Origin: an uncultured archaeon
GTDB taxonomy: Archaea; Iainarchaeota; Iainarchaeia; Iainarchaeales; 1-14-0-10-31-34
Direction: 5' to 3'
NCBI GenBank assembly: GCA_964442255.1
Contig: CAYTYC010000003.1
Span: forward strand, 1-64,000
Length of the DNA stretch: 64,000 nt
The notes below the pieces were generated by a model. The model was given only the letters and a program-made list of their open reading frames with translations, had not been told where the DNA came from and searched no databases. Shown here one piece after another: positions 51,765 through 61,057 of the stretch (the stretch's first letter is position 1; each line of letters opens with the position of its first letter). The translations under genes were made by a program, and so were the position numbers.

Positions 51765-52732
51765 TTTTTCACCCCAAAGCCTTTCCGGACTTTCCTGAAT
51801 TCTTCAACCATTTCCTTCAACGGCCTCACATCCCAGGTTTTTTCACCGGTCCACGAAACCGCAAAGCTTTTGTACAACTCCGAAACAAGGCTAATGAGCT
51901 CTTTCGGGGCGTTTGGAGGGGAAGGCCAATCCGGTTTTTCACTGCCTTCAGAAATCGCCTGCTTAAGCTCCTTGTGCCAGGGGGTTGTTTTGTAGTAGTC
52001 GCGGAGAATCTGCTTGCTTACGTGCACGCCGTCGGAGAGAAAACGATTTTCGTCCATTGTGCCGAACACGTCCACAACAATCATTTTCCTTTCAGGGGAA
52101 AAGGCAAGCTCAATTTTTCCGTCAGCCTGGAACAAGCCGATTGAATCGGCTTTCCCTGAAAGAAAAGAGTTCACCTTCAGCGCGGTCTGCCTTAATTTAT
52201 CGAGCTCGTCATCTTTCAGCGCGGCCATTTCCTGCGCCTCCCCCCAGGAAAGATATCTGTCAGTGGGCTCAAGCTTTGTGCTGACCTCAATTATCGGCGG
52301 AGAAAGGGTTTCGCCTGGTTTCGGGGAAGAAGAAAGCCCGAGGCCCTGAAGCGTTGTCAAGCCTTCCTCCAGCCGGGAGAAAACAGACGAACCAGCGGGC
52401 AGGGAATTCCTGAAAACAACCTCCAATGGAATCAGGTAATTGCCTTTCTCTCCGGAAAGGCTTTTTTCCGCCGGATTAATTACGCGGACAAGCCTTATTT
52501 TAAGCCGGACGGGGGAAGCCATTTCAATGAAATGGCTTTCAACGCCTTCCTTTTCCAGCCCCATAAAATTGTGTGCTGAAATCCTGCAAAGGGATTCGCC
52601 TTTTCCGGGGATTTCGTCAGGCATTTTTCCGTAGTCAAACACAGAGTAATCGTCGGTGAATTCAAAGAAGCCCTCCCCAAAAGTGTTTTCATCCGGTTTT
52701 TTTTCAATCACAAGGTTTTTAACCGACCCCAT
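51761..52732 (-). CDS. purC: SAICAR synthetase (archaeal long type)
   Basis: [32 protein letters not shown]. Confidence 0.93.
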   Translation of the reverse strand: MGSVKNLVIEKKPDENTFGEGFFEFTDDYSVFDYGKMPDEIPGKGESLCRISAHNFMGLEKEGVESHFIEMASPVRLKIRLVRVINPAEKSLSGEKGNYLIPLEVVFRNSLPAGSSVFSRLEEGLTTLQGLGLSSSPKPGETLSPPIIEVSTKLEPTDRYLSWGEAQEMAALKDDELDKLRQTALKVNSFLSGKADSIGLFQADGKIELAFSPERKMIVVDVFGTMDENRFLSDGVHVSKQILRDYYKTTPWHKELKQAISEGSEKPDWPSPPNAPKELISLVSELYKSFAVSWTGEKTWDVRPLKEMVEEFRKVRKGFGVKK

Positions 52733-52812
52733 GCAAGTCCCCCCAAAAAGTCTAGAAAATTGTATTGTTAAGTTATTTTAATTGTTTTCTCCCTAAAAAT
52801 TAATTGATTGGA

Positions 52813-54183
52813 ATGGGGCTGAAAGAAATTTCCCCGGTTGACGGAAGGTATGAAAACGAGACAAAAGAGCTGCGGGACGTTTTCTCCGAATACGGCCTCC
52901 AAAAAGCCAGGCTCGGGGTTGAAGTAAAGTACCTGCTTTTCCTTTCAAAGAAAAAAGTCTGCAGGAACATAAACCCAAAGGAAAGGCGCTTTTTGCTGGG
53001 GGTGCACAAAAGGTTCAGCGAAAAGGAAATGGAAAAACTGAAGGGAATGGAAAAAAAAATAAACCACGACGTGAAGGCAGTGGAATACTATTTGCGGAAA
53101 AAAATGGAAAAAAATTCCCTAAAGGAGTTGACCCCAATGGTGCACTTCGGCCTCACCTCTGAAGATGCAAGCAACCTCGCCTATTCGCTGATGCTGGGGG
53201 AAGGGCTGAAACTATATCTTGAAGAACTGGGGAAAGTGAAAAAAACGCTGGCCGGGCTTGCCCGCAGCAATCTCTCAACGCCAATGCTTTCCCATACGCA
53301 CGGCCAGCCCTCCTCGCCCACAACCCTGGGAAAAGAAGCCCTGGTTTTCGGGCTTAGGATGCGGGAAGCGGAAAAGCGTCTGGATAAGTTTGTGTTTCCG
53401 GGAAAAATGAATTCCGCGGTGGGAAACTTCAACGCGCAGCGAGTGGCGGTTCCCGGCAAAAACTGGCCAGCCCTCTCCAAAGAATTTGTTTCCTCTCTCG
53501 GGCTAAGGCATGTCGCGGTTTCCACCCAGATAATCCCGCACGAGGAAATCTCTTTTGCTTTAAGGCAGATTGTTTCAATAAACAATGTTTTGGTTGATTT
53601 GGACAGGGACTTCTGGATGTATGTGGGAATGAACTACCTCACGCAAAAGGTGAAGAAAGGGGAGGTCGGCTCATCAATAATGCCGCAAAAGGTCAACCCC
53701 ATTTTCTTTGAAAACAGCGAGGGCAATTTATTGTTTGCAAACGCTGTGCTGGAATTCCTTGCCTCACAGCTGCAGGTTTCAAGGCTTCAGAGGGATTTGA
53801 CTGACTCAACAATAAAAAGAAACTACGGGCTTGGTTTTGCGCACTCGCTTTTGGGGCTGAAAAGCGTTTCAAAGGGGTTAAGCAGGGTGAGCGCAAACAA
53901 GGAAAAGATGCTGAAAGACCTGGAAAAGCATCCGGAAGTTTTGGCTGAGGCAATCCAGACAGTCTTGAGGAAACACGGGGACAAAAAGGCCTACGAAAAG
54001 GTGAAAAAATTTTTCCGCGGAAAAGAGGTTTCGCTGGAAAACATCCACGGGTTTGTGAAGTCTTTAGGCCTGGACAAAAGGACGGAAAAAAGGCTCCTTG
54101 GGATGAGGGCAAAGGATTATACGGGCTATGCTGAAGAAACGGCAAAGCTTTGCTTAAAGGAACTGAATTCAAAAGTGAAGTAA
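52813..54183 (+). CDS. purB: adenylosuccinate lyase
   Basis: ISPVDGRY, NHDVKAVEY, HFGLTSED, THGQP, GSSIMPQKVNP. Confidence 0.95.
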   Translation: MGLKEISPVDGRYENETKELRDVFSEYGLQKARLGVEVKYLLFLSKKKVCRNINPKERRFLLGVHKRFSEKEMEKLKGMEKKINHDVKAVEYYLRKKMEKNSLKELTPMVHFGLTSEDASNLAYSLMLGEGLKLYLEELGKVKKTLAGLARSNLSTPMLSHTHGQPSSPTTLGKEALVFGLRMREAEKRLDKFVFPGKMNSAVGNFNAQRVAVPGKNWPALSKEFVSSLGLRHVAVSTQIIPHEEISFALRQIVSINNVLVDLDRDFWMYVGMNYLTQKVKKGEVGSSIMPQKVNPIFFENSEGNLLFANAVLEFLASQLQVSRLQRDLTDSTIKRNYGLGFAHSLLGLKSVSKGLSRVSANKEKMLKDLEKHPEVLAEAIQTVLRKHGDKKAYEKVKKFFRGKEVSLENIHGFVKSLGLDKRTEKRLLGMRAKDYTGYAEETAKLCLKELNSKVK

Positions 54184-55488
54184 TTATTTCACAACTGTTT
54201 CTTTCCTGTCCGGGCCGAATGAAACGAATTTTACCGGCACCCCGAGGAATTCTTCTACATAACCAAGGTATTTTTTCGCGTTTTCCGGAAGCGCGGGGTA
54301 TCCGCTCCGCATCAGTTCCCTTTTCTCTTTTTCCTCAAGCGTAAACCCCGGGAATTCCCCGTAAACGGGGTTTACTTTTGCAAGCTCTTCAGTAGTGAAC
54401 GGGAAAAACCCAATCCTTTTTCCTTCAAGCCGGTATCCTGTGCATGCCTTTATTTTTTCCTGCCCGCTTAAAACGTCAATTTTTGTGACGGCAATCTCAT
54501 CAAAGCCGTTAACCATGTTGCTGTACTTCAGCATCACTAAATCAAGCCACCCTATTCTCCTCGGCCTCCCTGTTGTTGTGCCGTATTCCCCGCCTTTTTC
54601 GCGGATGGAATCGGCCTGCCTTCCTTTTAGCTCCGTGGGAAGAGGGCCGGAGCCCACACGGGTTGAGTACGCCTTCACTACCCCGATTATTTTCCCGATT
54701 TTCTTCGGGCTTAACCCGATTCCCGTGCACGCGCCCCCGGAAACAGGGTGTGAAGAGGTAACATACGGATAGGTTCCGAAGTCCAGGTCAAGCCACATTC
54801 CCTGTGCGCCTTCAAGAAGGACTTCCTTTTTTTCCTTCAGCGCGTTGTTTACCAAAAGTGAAACGTCGCCGGCACATTTTCTGAGTTTTTCCGCGGCGGC
54901 CGCGTATTCCTTCAAAACACTTTTTTCAGTGTAAGGGGGTTTTTTCCCGTAAACCCCCCTAAAAAGTTTTTCAAAAAACCGGAAATTTTCTTCCGCCTTT
55001 TTCTCAAAGTTTCCCGAAAAAAAGTCGGAAAATCGGATTCCGGTCCGAAGCGCCCTCTCCGCATAGCCTGGCCCAATTCCCCGGCGCGTTGTGCCGATGC
55101 AGTTGCCTTTTAGCGCGCCTTCACCGCACTCCTCGAAAAAGCAGTGGTAAGGCATTATTATCTGTGTGCGCGTGTCTATTGTTAGCTGTACCTTAATTCC
55201 TTCTTTTTCCATTTCCCCTATTTCCTTTAAAAGTACTAATGGATTTAATGCGACCCCCGCGCCTATGAGGATTTTTTTTCCCCGGATTCCGCCCGAGGGA
55301 AGGAGGTGAAACTTGTGTTTATTTCCGTTCACCACAACCGTGTGCCCGGCGTTGTTTCCTCCCTGGAAGCGGGCAACCATTTCCGCCTTTTCCGCGAGGA
55401 TGTCAACGATTTTGCCTTTTCCTTCGTCCCCAAACTGTGAACCTACAATCAGAGTTGCTGGAATTCCGAATCCCTCAAAAAATAGCAT
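54184..55488 (-). CDS. purA: adenylosuccinate synthetase (true start possibly ATT at 55464)
   Basis: QFGDEGKGK, GGNNAGHT, IGTT, EGAQG, GTYPYVTSS, TTGRPRR. Confidence 0.96.
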   Translation of the reverse strand: MLFFEGFGIPATLIVGSQFGDEGKGKIVDILAEKAEMVARFQGGNNAGHTVVVNGNKHKFHLLPSGGIRGKKILIGAGVALNPLVLLKEIGEMEKEGIKVQLTIDTRTQIIMPYHCFFEECGEGALKGNCIGTTRRGIGPGYAERALRTGIRFSDFFSGNFEKKAEENFRFFEKLFRGVYGKKPPYTEKSVLKEYAAAAEKLRKCAGDVSLLVNNALKEKKEVLLEGAQGMWLDLDFGTYPYVTSSHPVSGGACTGIGLSPKKIGKIIGVVKAYSTRVGSGPLPTELKGRQADSIREKGGEYGTTTGRPRRIGWLDLVMLKYSNMVNGFDEIAVTKIDVLSGQEKIKACTGYRLEGKRIGFFPFTTEELAKVNPVYGEFPGFTLEEKEKRELMRSGYPALPENAKKYLGYVEEFLGVPVKFVSFGPDRKETVVK

Positions 55489-55511
55489 TCAAAGAGTTTA
55501 AAAAAACTCCT

Positions 55512-55920
55512 TTAAGGCAAACGGGAAGCCATATTGGCTTCATCCAAAACCCTGTATATTTCTCTTCGCATTTTCTCTGTTTCAGGGAGGCTAAGGTTAT
55601 GCCGCTCGGCATAATATGTAACCATTACCCCGGCTGCTCCCTTTGTATACCGCAGCTTAAGGCCCCCTTTTGCAAACTTCTCTTTTAATGCCCGTTCAAC
55701 AGAACCCAATCCCCTTTTCATGCTGAAATTGTCTAATGCAGCCCCCCATAATTTGGGGAATGGCCAACGGCGCATTGCATCTGACACAAGTTGTCTTCCC
55801 CCCGCCCCCCCGTATATTGAGTTCTTGTGATATTCTCTTAAGTTCCGCGCTGTATTCTGCCCCCCTTAGTTTTTCAAGCCTTGCAATTCTTTTCTTCATT
55901 GGTCTGGGCGCTTTAGGCAT
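55512..55920 (-). pseudogene. basic orphan protein frameshifted in a G7-C-G6 tract (55798-55811)
   Basis: overlapping ORFs 55696-55920 and 55512-55787 fuse into 135 aa if one G is removed. Confidence 0.5.
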
Positions 55921-55939
55921 TAAAGTCCCCCAAAATAAA

Positions 55940-56050
55940 TGGTGTCCCCCGTATTTAACACTTGCGGAGCGAGCAACCTAAACTTCTTCCTGAAAGAGAG
56001 GTGCTACGGCATTGGTGTCACCTGTATTTAACACTTGCGGAGCGAGCAAC
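55940..56050. repeat. 38-bp direct repeat pair (36/38 identical) separated by 35 bp
   Basis: TGGTGTC(C/A)CC(C/T)GTATTTAACACTTGCGGAGCGAGCAAC at 55940-55977 and 56013-56050. Confidence 0.9.
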
Positions 56051-56193
56051 AGCCATACAAAGTATGGCGCACTGTATTCCCCCCGAAAAAGGAAAACGGA
56101 AAGCCCGAAAGGGTTTCCCATATTTAAAAGCAGTCTCACGCAAGGCGAGAGATGGGTTGACGCATTTCGACACTTCCGCCCGAAAGCGGGGAA

Positions 56194-56307
56194 TGGGGCG
56201 GGGGGGATTTGAACCCTCGACACCATGGTCTTCAGCCATGTGCTCTCCTAAGCCTGCAAAAAGAAACCTTTGGATTTCTTGAATGCATCAGGCTGAGCTA
56301 CCGCCCC
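56194..56307 (-). tRNA. tRNA-Phe(GAA) with a 40-nt D-loop intron (18/19; 56249-56288)
   Basis: cloverleaf after removal; BHB AGCC/GGCU with UG|A and UA|G bulges. Confidence 0.92.
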
Positions 56308-56373
56308 AACGCTGAAATGCCTAACGCAATAACAATTCTTTGGGCAAGGGCTTTAAATGTTTTCTGCCGGGGC

Positions 56374-57017
56374 TCAACCCCCTGGATGCCTTTTGAGCGA
56401 TTCTTCCAGATTACGGACCAGAGAAGAGGTAACGCTCACGCTTAGAAGTCCTTTCAAGATGTCCCTTCTTTTATTTATTGCTTCAACTTCTACTCGTTCT
56501 TTCTTTATTTGCTCACGCACAGTTTCATCCCCTAAAAAATCAGCCATATCCAATCTGTGTTCAATGCTGCCTTCAATAGTTTCCCTGGTTTCCCTGTCCC
56601 CAACAATTTCCCTGTGAAGCTCTCTCAACCCGCCTGAATAACATTCATTCTCGCAAGACCCTGTTGTGCCTGTCCCCTGCTTCCCATGAATCTTGCCTGC
56701 CCGCAGGTTATCCACCGGTGCCCGATAGAAAACAAATTGGTTCTCTTATAATTGCATCCCTATTTTTCTCCAGAGTAAATCCCCAAGCATCCAGCCCTTC
56801 CCCGTGCCAGCTACCCACGCCTCCCCAAATAAGTGTTCCATTTGATGCCCTTCCGCTTCGGTTACATAAAGCTTGATGTCCCTGACATTTTCCCTAACAA
56901 GCTTCTGCATTTCCTTTATTTTTTTAAGGTACGGTTCAGGCAAAGGCGCTATTCTTGGATTATATTTTGGGCCCTGCCTGCAGAATCGGGTTTTGGTACC
57001 TTTCCTTCCCCGGCATT
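56374..57017 (-). pseudogene. fragmented orphan ORF(s) between tRNA genes
   Basis: short consecutive ORFs (56746-56943, 56374-56715) with stops or frameshifts; no recognisable family. Confidence 0.3.
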
Positions 57018-57147
57018 TAAGTTAGATCTTCCTGCTTTCCCTGGAATTCCAATTCCCTTTTTTAAGCGAGCCCGATGGGCGAGCAGATCTGCCTCGGAGC
57101 AAAGCGGAGGAGGCAGTGCCCGGACCTGCCCTACGGAACGGGCAAAG

Positions 57148-57255
57148 TGAGCCCAGAGGGATTCGAACCCTCGACCCCCTGGTTAAGAGCTGCACCGTAA
57201 AGCGCTTTAACGAGCGCTTCACTCAGGTGCTCTGGCCAGACTGAGCTATGGGCCC
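57148..57255 (-). tRNA. tRNA-Lys(CTT) with a 33-nt intron at 30/31 (57191-57223)
   Basis: strict BHB: GAG-CACC-UG|A / GGUG-CA|G-CUC; mature stem CCTGG/CCAGG. Confidence 0.93.
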
Positions 57256-57339
57256 ACAAGTGCACGACGGTAAGCGCACTAGCGCGAGCTAGTTCCATGC
57301 GTTAGCATGGGACGTTCCCTGGCGGGAACATCCGCCAAA

Positions 57340-57512
57340 TGAGCCCGCTGGGATTTGAACCCAGGACACCTTGGTTAAAAGCCAAGTGCTTATGGCGAAA
57401 ACGAGCAACGGAAATCAAATCCCGCAGCTTACGCCGCGGTTTTTCGGAAGCCCTTTCCCGGACCAATAAAAACCATGACTCTGTTTTCTCTGCCAGGCTG
57501 AGCTACGGGCCC
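57340..57512 (-). tRNA. tRNA-Lys(TTT) with a 99-nt intron at 22/23 (57391-57489)
   Basis: BHB UGGC/GCCA, bulges AG|A and UA|A, inner stem GAAAAC/GUUUUC. Confidence 0.9.
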
Positions 57513-57543
57513 ATTCTCAAAAAAAAGGGTTAAGAAAAGAATT

Positions 57544-57657
57544 TAAAGGGAATCAAAAGGTTATTTTATTTCCTTTAAGCCGTTCATGTATGGGCGAAGG
57601 TAAAGGGAATCAAAAGGTTATTTTATTTCCTTTAAGCCGTTCATGTATGGGCGAAGG
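57544..57657. repeat. perfect 57-bp tandem duplication of the serS 3' end
   Basis: 57544-57600 is identical to 57601-57657. Confidence 0.93.
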
Positions 57658-58907
57658 GGTTTTGGGATTAAAATGGTTCCTTCCTTGGTTTGGAAGTTTT
57701 CCGCAATCGCGCGAAGCATTCTGGATGCTGCGACCATCGTGCTGTTCAGCGTGTGGACGAACTCCTTTTCATGGGTGTGCCGCTTCCGGTATTTTAGGTT
57801 TAGGCGCACGGACTGGTAGGACGTGCAGTTGGAGCAGGACATTACTTCAAAATAAGCGTTTTCCCGCGGGCTCCATGCCTCGATGTCATATTTTTTTGCC
57901 GCAACAATCCCTATGTCCCCTGTGCACACATTAACCACCCGGTAGGGGATTTCAAGCGCCTTAACAAATTCCTCCGCGTTTTTCAATAGTTCTTCATGGA
58001 ATTTCCATGATTCTTCAGGCCCGCAAATTATTGTCTGCTCAACCTTGCTGAAGTGGTGGACGCGGAACAGCCCGCGCTCGTCAATTTTGTGCCTTCCGAT
58101 TTCTTTTCTGAAGCAGGGCGAAACACCGGCATACTTTAAGGGAAGTTCTTTCCCGGAAAATATTTCCCCGGAATGCATCGCCATCAGGGGGTGTTCGGAG
58201 GTTGCAATAAGGTAAAGGTCTTCGCCCTCCAGCTTGTACATTACGTTCTCAAAATCCTCCAAAGAGGTAACCCCCTCATACGGCTTGCGTTTCATCATAA
58301 GCGGGGGGGAAAGAAAGATGAACCCTTTTTGCAAAAGCAAATCCAGCCCAAAACGGATCAAGGCCATTTCGAGAAGCGCGGCATGGTTTTTGAGGAAATA
58401 AAAACCTGTTCCGGAGATTTTAGCCGCGCGACCAAAATCCGCCTGGCCCATGGAAGAAAGTATTTCCCCGTGGTGCCTGAGCTGAAATGCCGGGGACGGG
58501 ATTTTACCCCATTTGCGTATTTCCTTGTTGTCCTTTTCATCCCTCCCGACAGGAACCGATTCATGCAAAATGTTCGGCAGGCGCATGCGGTAAAATTCTG
58601 TTTTCTTCTTCAAGCCTTCCGCCTTTTTTTCGGCGTCGGATATTTCACCGGGAAGCTTTTTTGCCTTCCGCAGCAGGGCGTCCGCGTTTTTCTTTTCTTT
58701 CTTGAGTCCCCTGATTTTTTGAGACAACTCATTTCTTTTCCTTTTAAGTTCCTCTGCCTTCTGCAGTGCATTCCGGTATGCGGAATCCTTTTCCAGCAAG
58801 TCTTTCAGCCACGCGAGCTTTTCTTTTTCGCCCCTTTTTTCAAGGTCTGCGCGGATTTTTTCCGGAAATTCCCTGACCGCCCTTATGTCAAGCATTTTTT
58901 CACCCAA
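57618..58907 (-). CDS. serS: seryl-tRNA synthetase
   Basis: MLDI, LIATSEHP, PCFRKE, GLFRVHHF, EVMSCSNC, HTLNST. Confidence 0.96.
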   Translation of the reverse strand: MGEKMLDIRAVREFPEKIRADLEKRGEKEKLAWLKDLLEKDSAYRNALQKAEELKRKRNELSQKIRGLKKEKKNADALLRKAKKLPGEISDAEKKAEGLKKKTEFYRMRLPNILHESVPVGRDEKDNKEIRKWGKIPSPAFQLRHHGEILSSMGQADFGRAAKISGTGFYFLKNHAALLEMALIRFGLDLLLQKGFIFLSPPLMMKRKPYEGVTSLEDFENVMYKLEGEDLYLIATSEHPLMAMHSGEIFSGKELPLKYAGVSPCFRKEIGRHKIDERGLFRVHHFSKVEQTIICGPEESWKFHEELLKNAEEFVKALEIPYRVVNVCTGDIGIVAAKKYDIEAWSPRENAYFEVMSCSNCTSYQSVRLNLKYRKRHTHEKEFVHTLNSTMVAASRMLRAIAENFQTKEGTILIPKPLRPYMNGLKEIK

Positions 58908-58942
58908 CGAATAAAAATACTTGCAACAAATAATTAAATAAT

Positions 58943-59473
58943 ATGGCGGAAACTGAGGTATTCGTTCTCAGGCTCGGGCACCGCCCGGCAAGGGACCCGC
59001 GGCTCACAACACACTGCTGCCTGGTGGCAAGGGCGTTTGGGGCGAAAGAAATAATTATTGCAGGAGAAAAGGATAAATCGGTTGAGGAAAGCGTTAAGTC
59101 GGCGGTAAGGGTGTGGGGGGGAAAATTCAGGACACGGTTTGTGGAAAACTGGAAAAATGAGCTCAAAAAATTCGGAAAAAAAGGCACGATAGTGCATCTG
59201 ACAATGTACGGGGAGCCCTTGGAAAAAGTCAAGGGGCTTGGGGAAGAGAAGAAAATTATGCTGGTGGTCGGCGCAGGAAAGGTTCCCCGGGAAGTGTACG
59301 GCTTAAGCGACCTTAATGTCGCTGTAACGCACCAACCCCATTCAGAGGCGGCCGCGCTGGCTGTTTTTTTGCACGAGCTTTTCCGCGGAAAGGGACTGAA
59401 AAAACGGTTTTTGGGGGCAAAGAGAAGGATTGTTCCGCAGAAAAAAGGGAAAAAATCAACCAAAAAAGGGTGA
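58943..59473 (+). CDS. tRNA (cytidine-56-2'-O)-methyltransferase aTrm56
   Basis: VLRLGHR..RD.R.TTH, VHLTMYG, KVP, QPHSE. Confidence 0.94.
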   Translation: MAETEVFVLRLGHRPARDPRLTTHCCLVARAFGAKEIIIAGEKDKSVEESVKSAVRVWGGKFRTRFVENWKNELKKFGKKGTIVHLTMYGEPLEKVKGLGEEKKIMLVVGAGKVPREVYGLSDLNVAVTHQPHSEAAALAVFLHELFRGKGLKKRFLGAKRRIVPQKKGKKSTKKG

Positions 59474-59507
59474 CTGGTTTAAATTAGCTTTACTGGAGAA
59501 AAATATT

Positions 59508-60044
59508 ATGCCCGCAAAAAACATGGTTGAATATGGGGTAGTGAGAAAGTTTGTTGAAAAGGTTGGCGGGGAATACGCGGTTGACTTGGTGAAAATCTGC
59601 TCAAAGAAAAAAAGCGAGGTCACTGACGAGGAAATTGGCAAAGGGCTGCCCCTTAAAATAACGGAGATACGCGCCATATTGAACCGTCTGCATTACCGGG
59701 GGATAGCATTCTACCAAAAGGCAAGAAACAACAAAACCGGCTGGTATTCCTATACCTGGGGGGTAAACAACGGCAGGATTGTGGAGCTGATTCTTGAGGA
59801 GCAAAAAGAGGAAGTAAAAAAGCTGGAGAAAAAGCTTGAATACGAGCAAAATTACAATTTTTTTGCCTGCACGGACGGCTGCGAAAGCTTTCCTTTTGAG
59901 ATTGCCGCAGAATATGAATTCAAATGCCCCAAATGCGGAAACATCATGAACGCCCAAGACAATGAGAAAAACGTCAAGAGAATAAAAAAGGAAATATCTT
60001 CACTAAAAAACCAGCTCTGTGAAATAGAGAAATACGGGAGATAG
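59508..60044 (+). CDS. tfe: transcription factor E alpha
   Basis: wHTH (TDEEI...R..L..L...GWYSYTW) plus zinc ribbon C...F.CPKCG. Confidence 0.9.
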   Translation: MPAKNMVEYGVVRKFVEKVGGEYAVDLVKICSKKKSEVTDEEIGKGLPLKITEIRAILNRLHYRGIAFYQKARNNKTGWYSYTWGVNNGRIVELILEEQKEEVKKLEKKLEYEQNYNFFACTDGCESFPFEIAAEYEFKCPKCGNIMNAQDNEKNVKRIKKEISSLKNQLCEIEKYGR

Positions 60045-60269
60045 CCTAAAAAACACAAAAACATGGACACATCTGAAAATGCCTTTATGCCCTAAAAAAA
60101 GCATTTAACGAGCATTATTTTAAATAATAAAAAATTAAAGGGCAGAATCACTAAAAAAAAGGGTTAAATCCACTTTAATTTAAGATTAAAGAAGGTTTTT
60201 TATTTCCTTTGATTTAAAATATGATGAAAAGAAGGCTGTTTACAGGAAAAAAAACCTGTTTTTTCGCAT

Positions 60270-60362
60270 AGCGGGATGGGGCAGCCTGGAGTGCCCGCCG
60301 GGCTCATAGATTTCCAAAATTGGGAAACCCGGAGGTCGAAGGTTCAAATCCTTCTCCCGCTA
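60270..60362 (+). tRNA. initiator tRNA-Met(CAT) with an 18-nt intron at 37/38 (60309-60326)
   Basis: A1-U72, three G-C pairs in the anticodon stem; BHB CUCA/UGGG with UA|G and AA|A bulges. Confidence 0.93.
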
Positions 60363-60634
60363 TTTCCTGTTTTTAAGCATTTACTTTTGATGCAAACCCC
60401 TTTAATTTTCTCCTGATTAATAGTTTTTCCCTCACTTCTTATGGCTAACTATGATTTTTTTTCCGTTTTTGCCTGCTTTCCAATTTACAGGTATTTCTCA
60501 CTTTTTGCATAAAACCCCCAATAACCCCAAAATTCAGGGTTATTTCGGCTAAAAAATTAGGAAATATTGGTAATTACAATACTAAAATAAGATTACCGCA
60601 ACATTTAAAAGTAATTATAGTAATATTAATAAGT

Positions 60635-61057
60635 ATGAACCTGGGTTTTATAAAAAAAATAAGCCGGTTGTTTGGCAGAACTGCGCCAAAACAGGCCTCC
60701 GCTGAAAAATCAATATATGAAGCAGAAGAAAGTGAAGAAACCGAAGAAATCCACTCGCTTTGGGATTACCTGAAATTCCTTGAAAACACCCAGGCCTTCC
60801 ACCTCCGGGCGGTTATCGGCTTTAATGAATGGGCGGACATGGATGAAATAAAGAGGCGGATAAAGGAGATATTTGGGGTTGAATACAAAAATGAAAAATC
60901 CCTCTACCCTTATGTCAAAACAATGGTTGACATAGGCCTTATTGAATCAATAAATATTGGGGGCAGACGGAAGTGGAGGAAAAAAGAGCTGCTGATCAAG
61001 CTGAAAAAAAGGAAAAAACCGGAAGAAGAAAAAGAAAAGGAATTAATCAGGGCTTAA
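60635..61057 (+). CDS. hypothetical protein, possible winged-helix DNA-binding protein
   Basis: SLYPYVKTMVDIGLIES...GGRRKW resembles a wHTH recognition helix and wing. Confidence 0.6.
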   Translation: MNLGFIKKISRLFGRTAPKQASAEKSIYEAEESEETEEIHSLWDYLKFLENTQAFHLRAVIGFNEWADMDEIKRRIKEIFGVEYKNEKSLYPYVKTMVDIGLIESINIGGRRKWRKKELLIKLKKRKKPEEEKEKELIRA

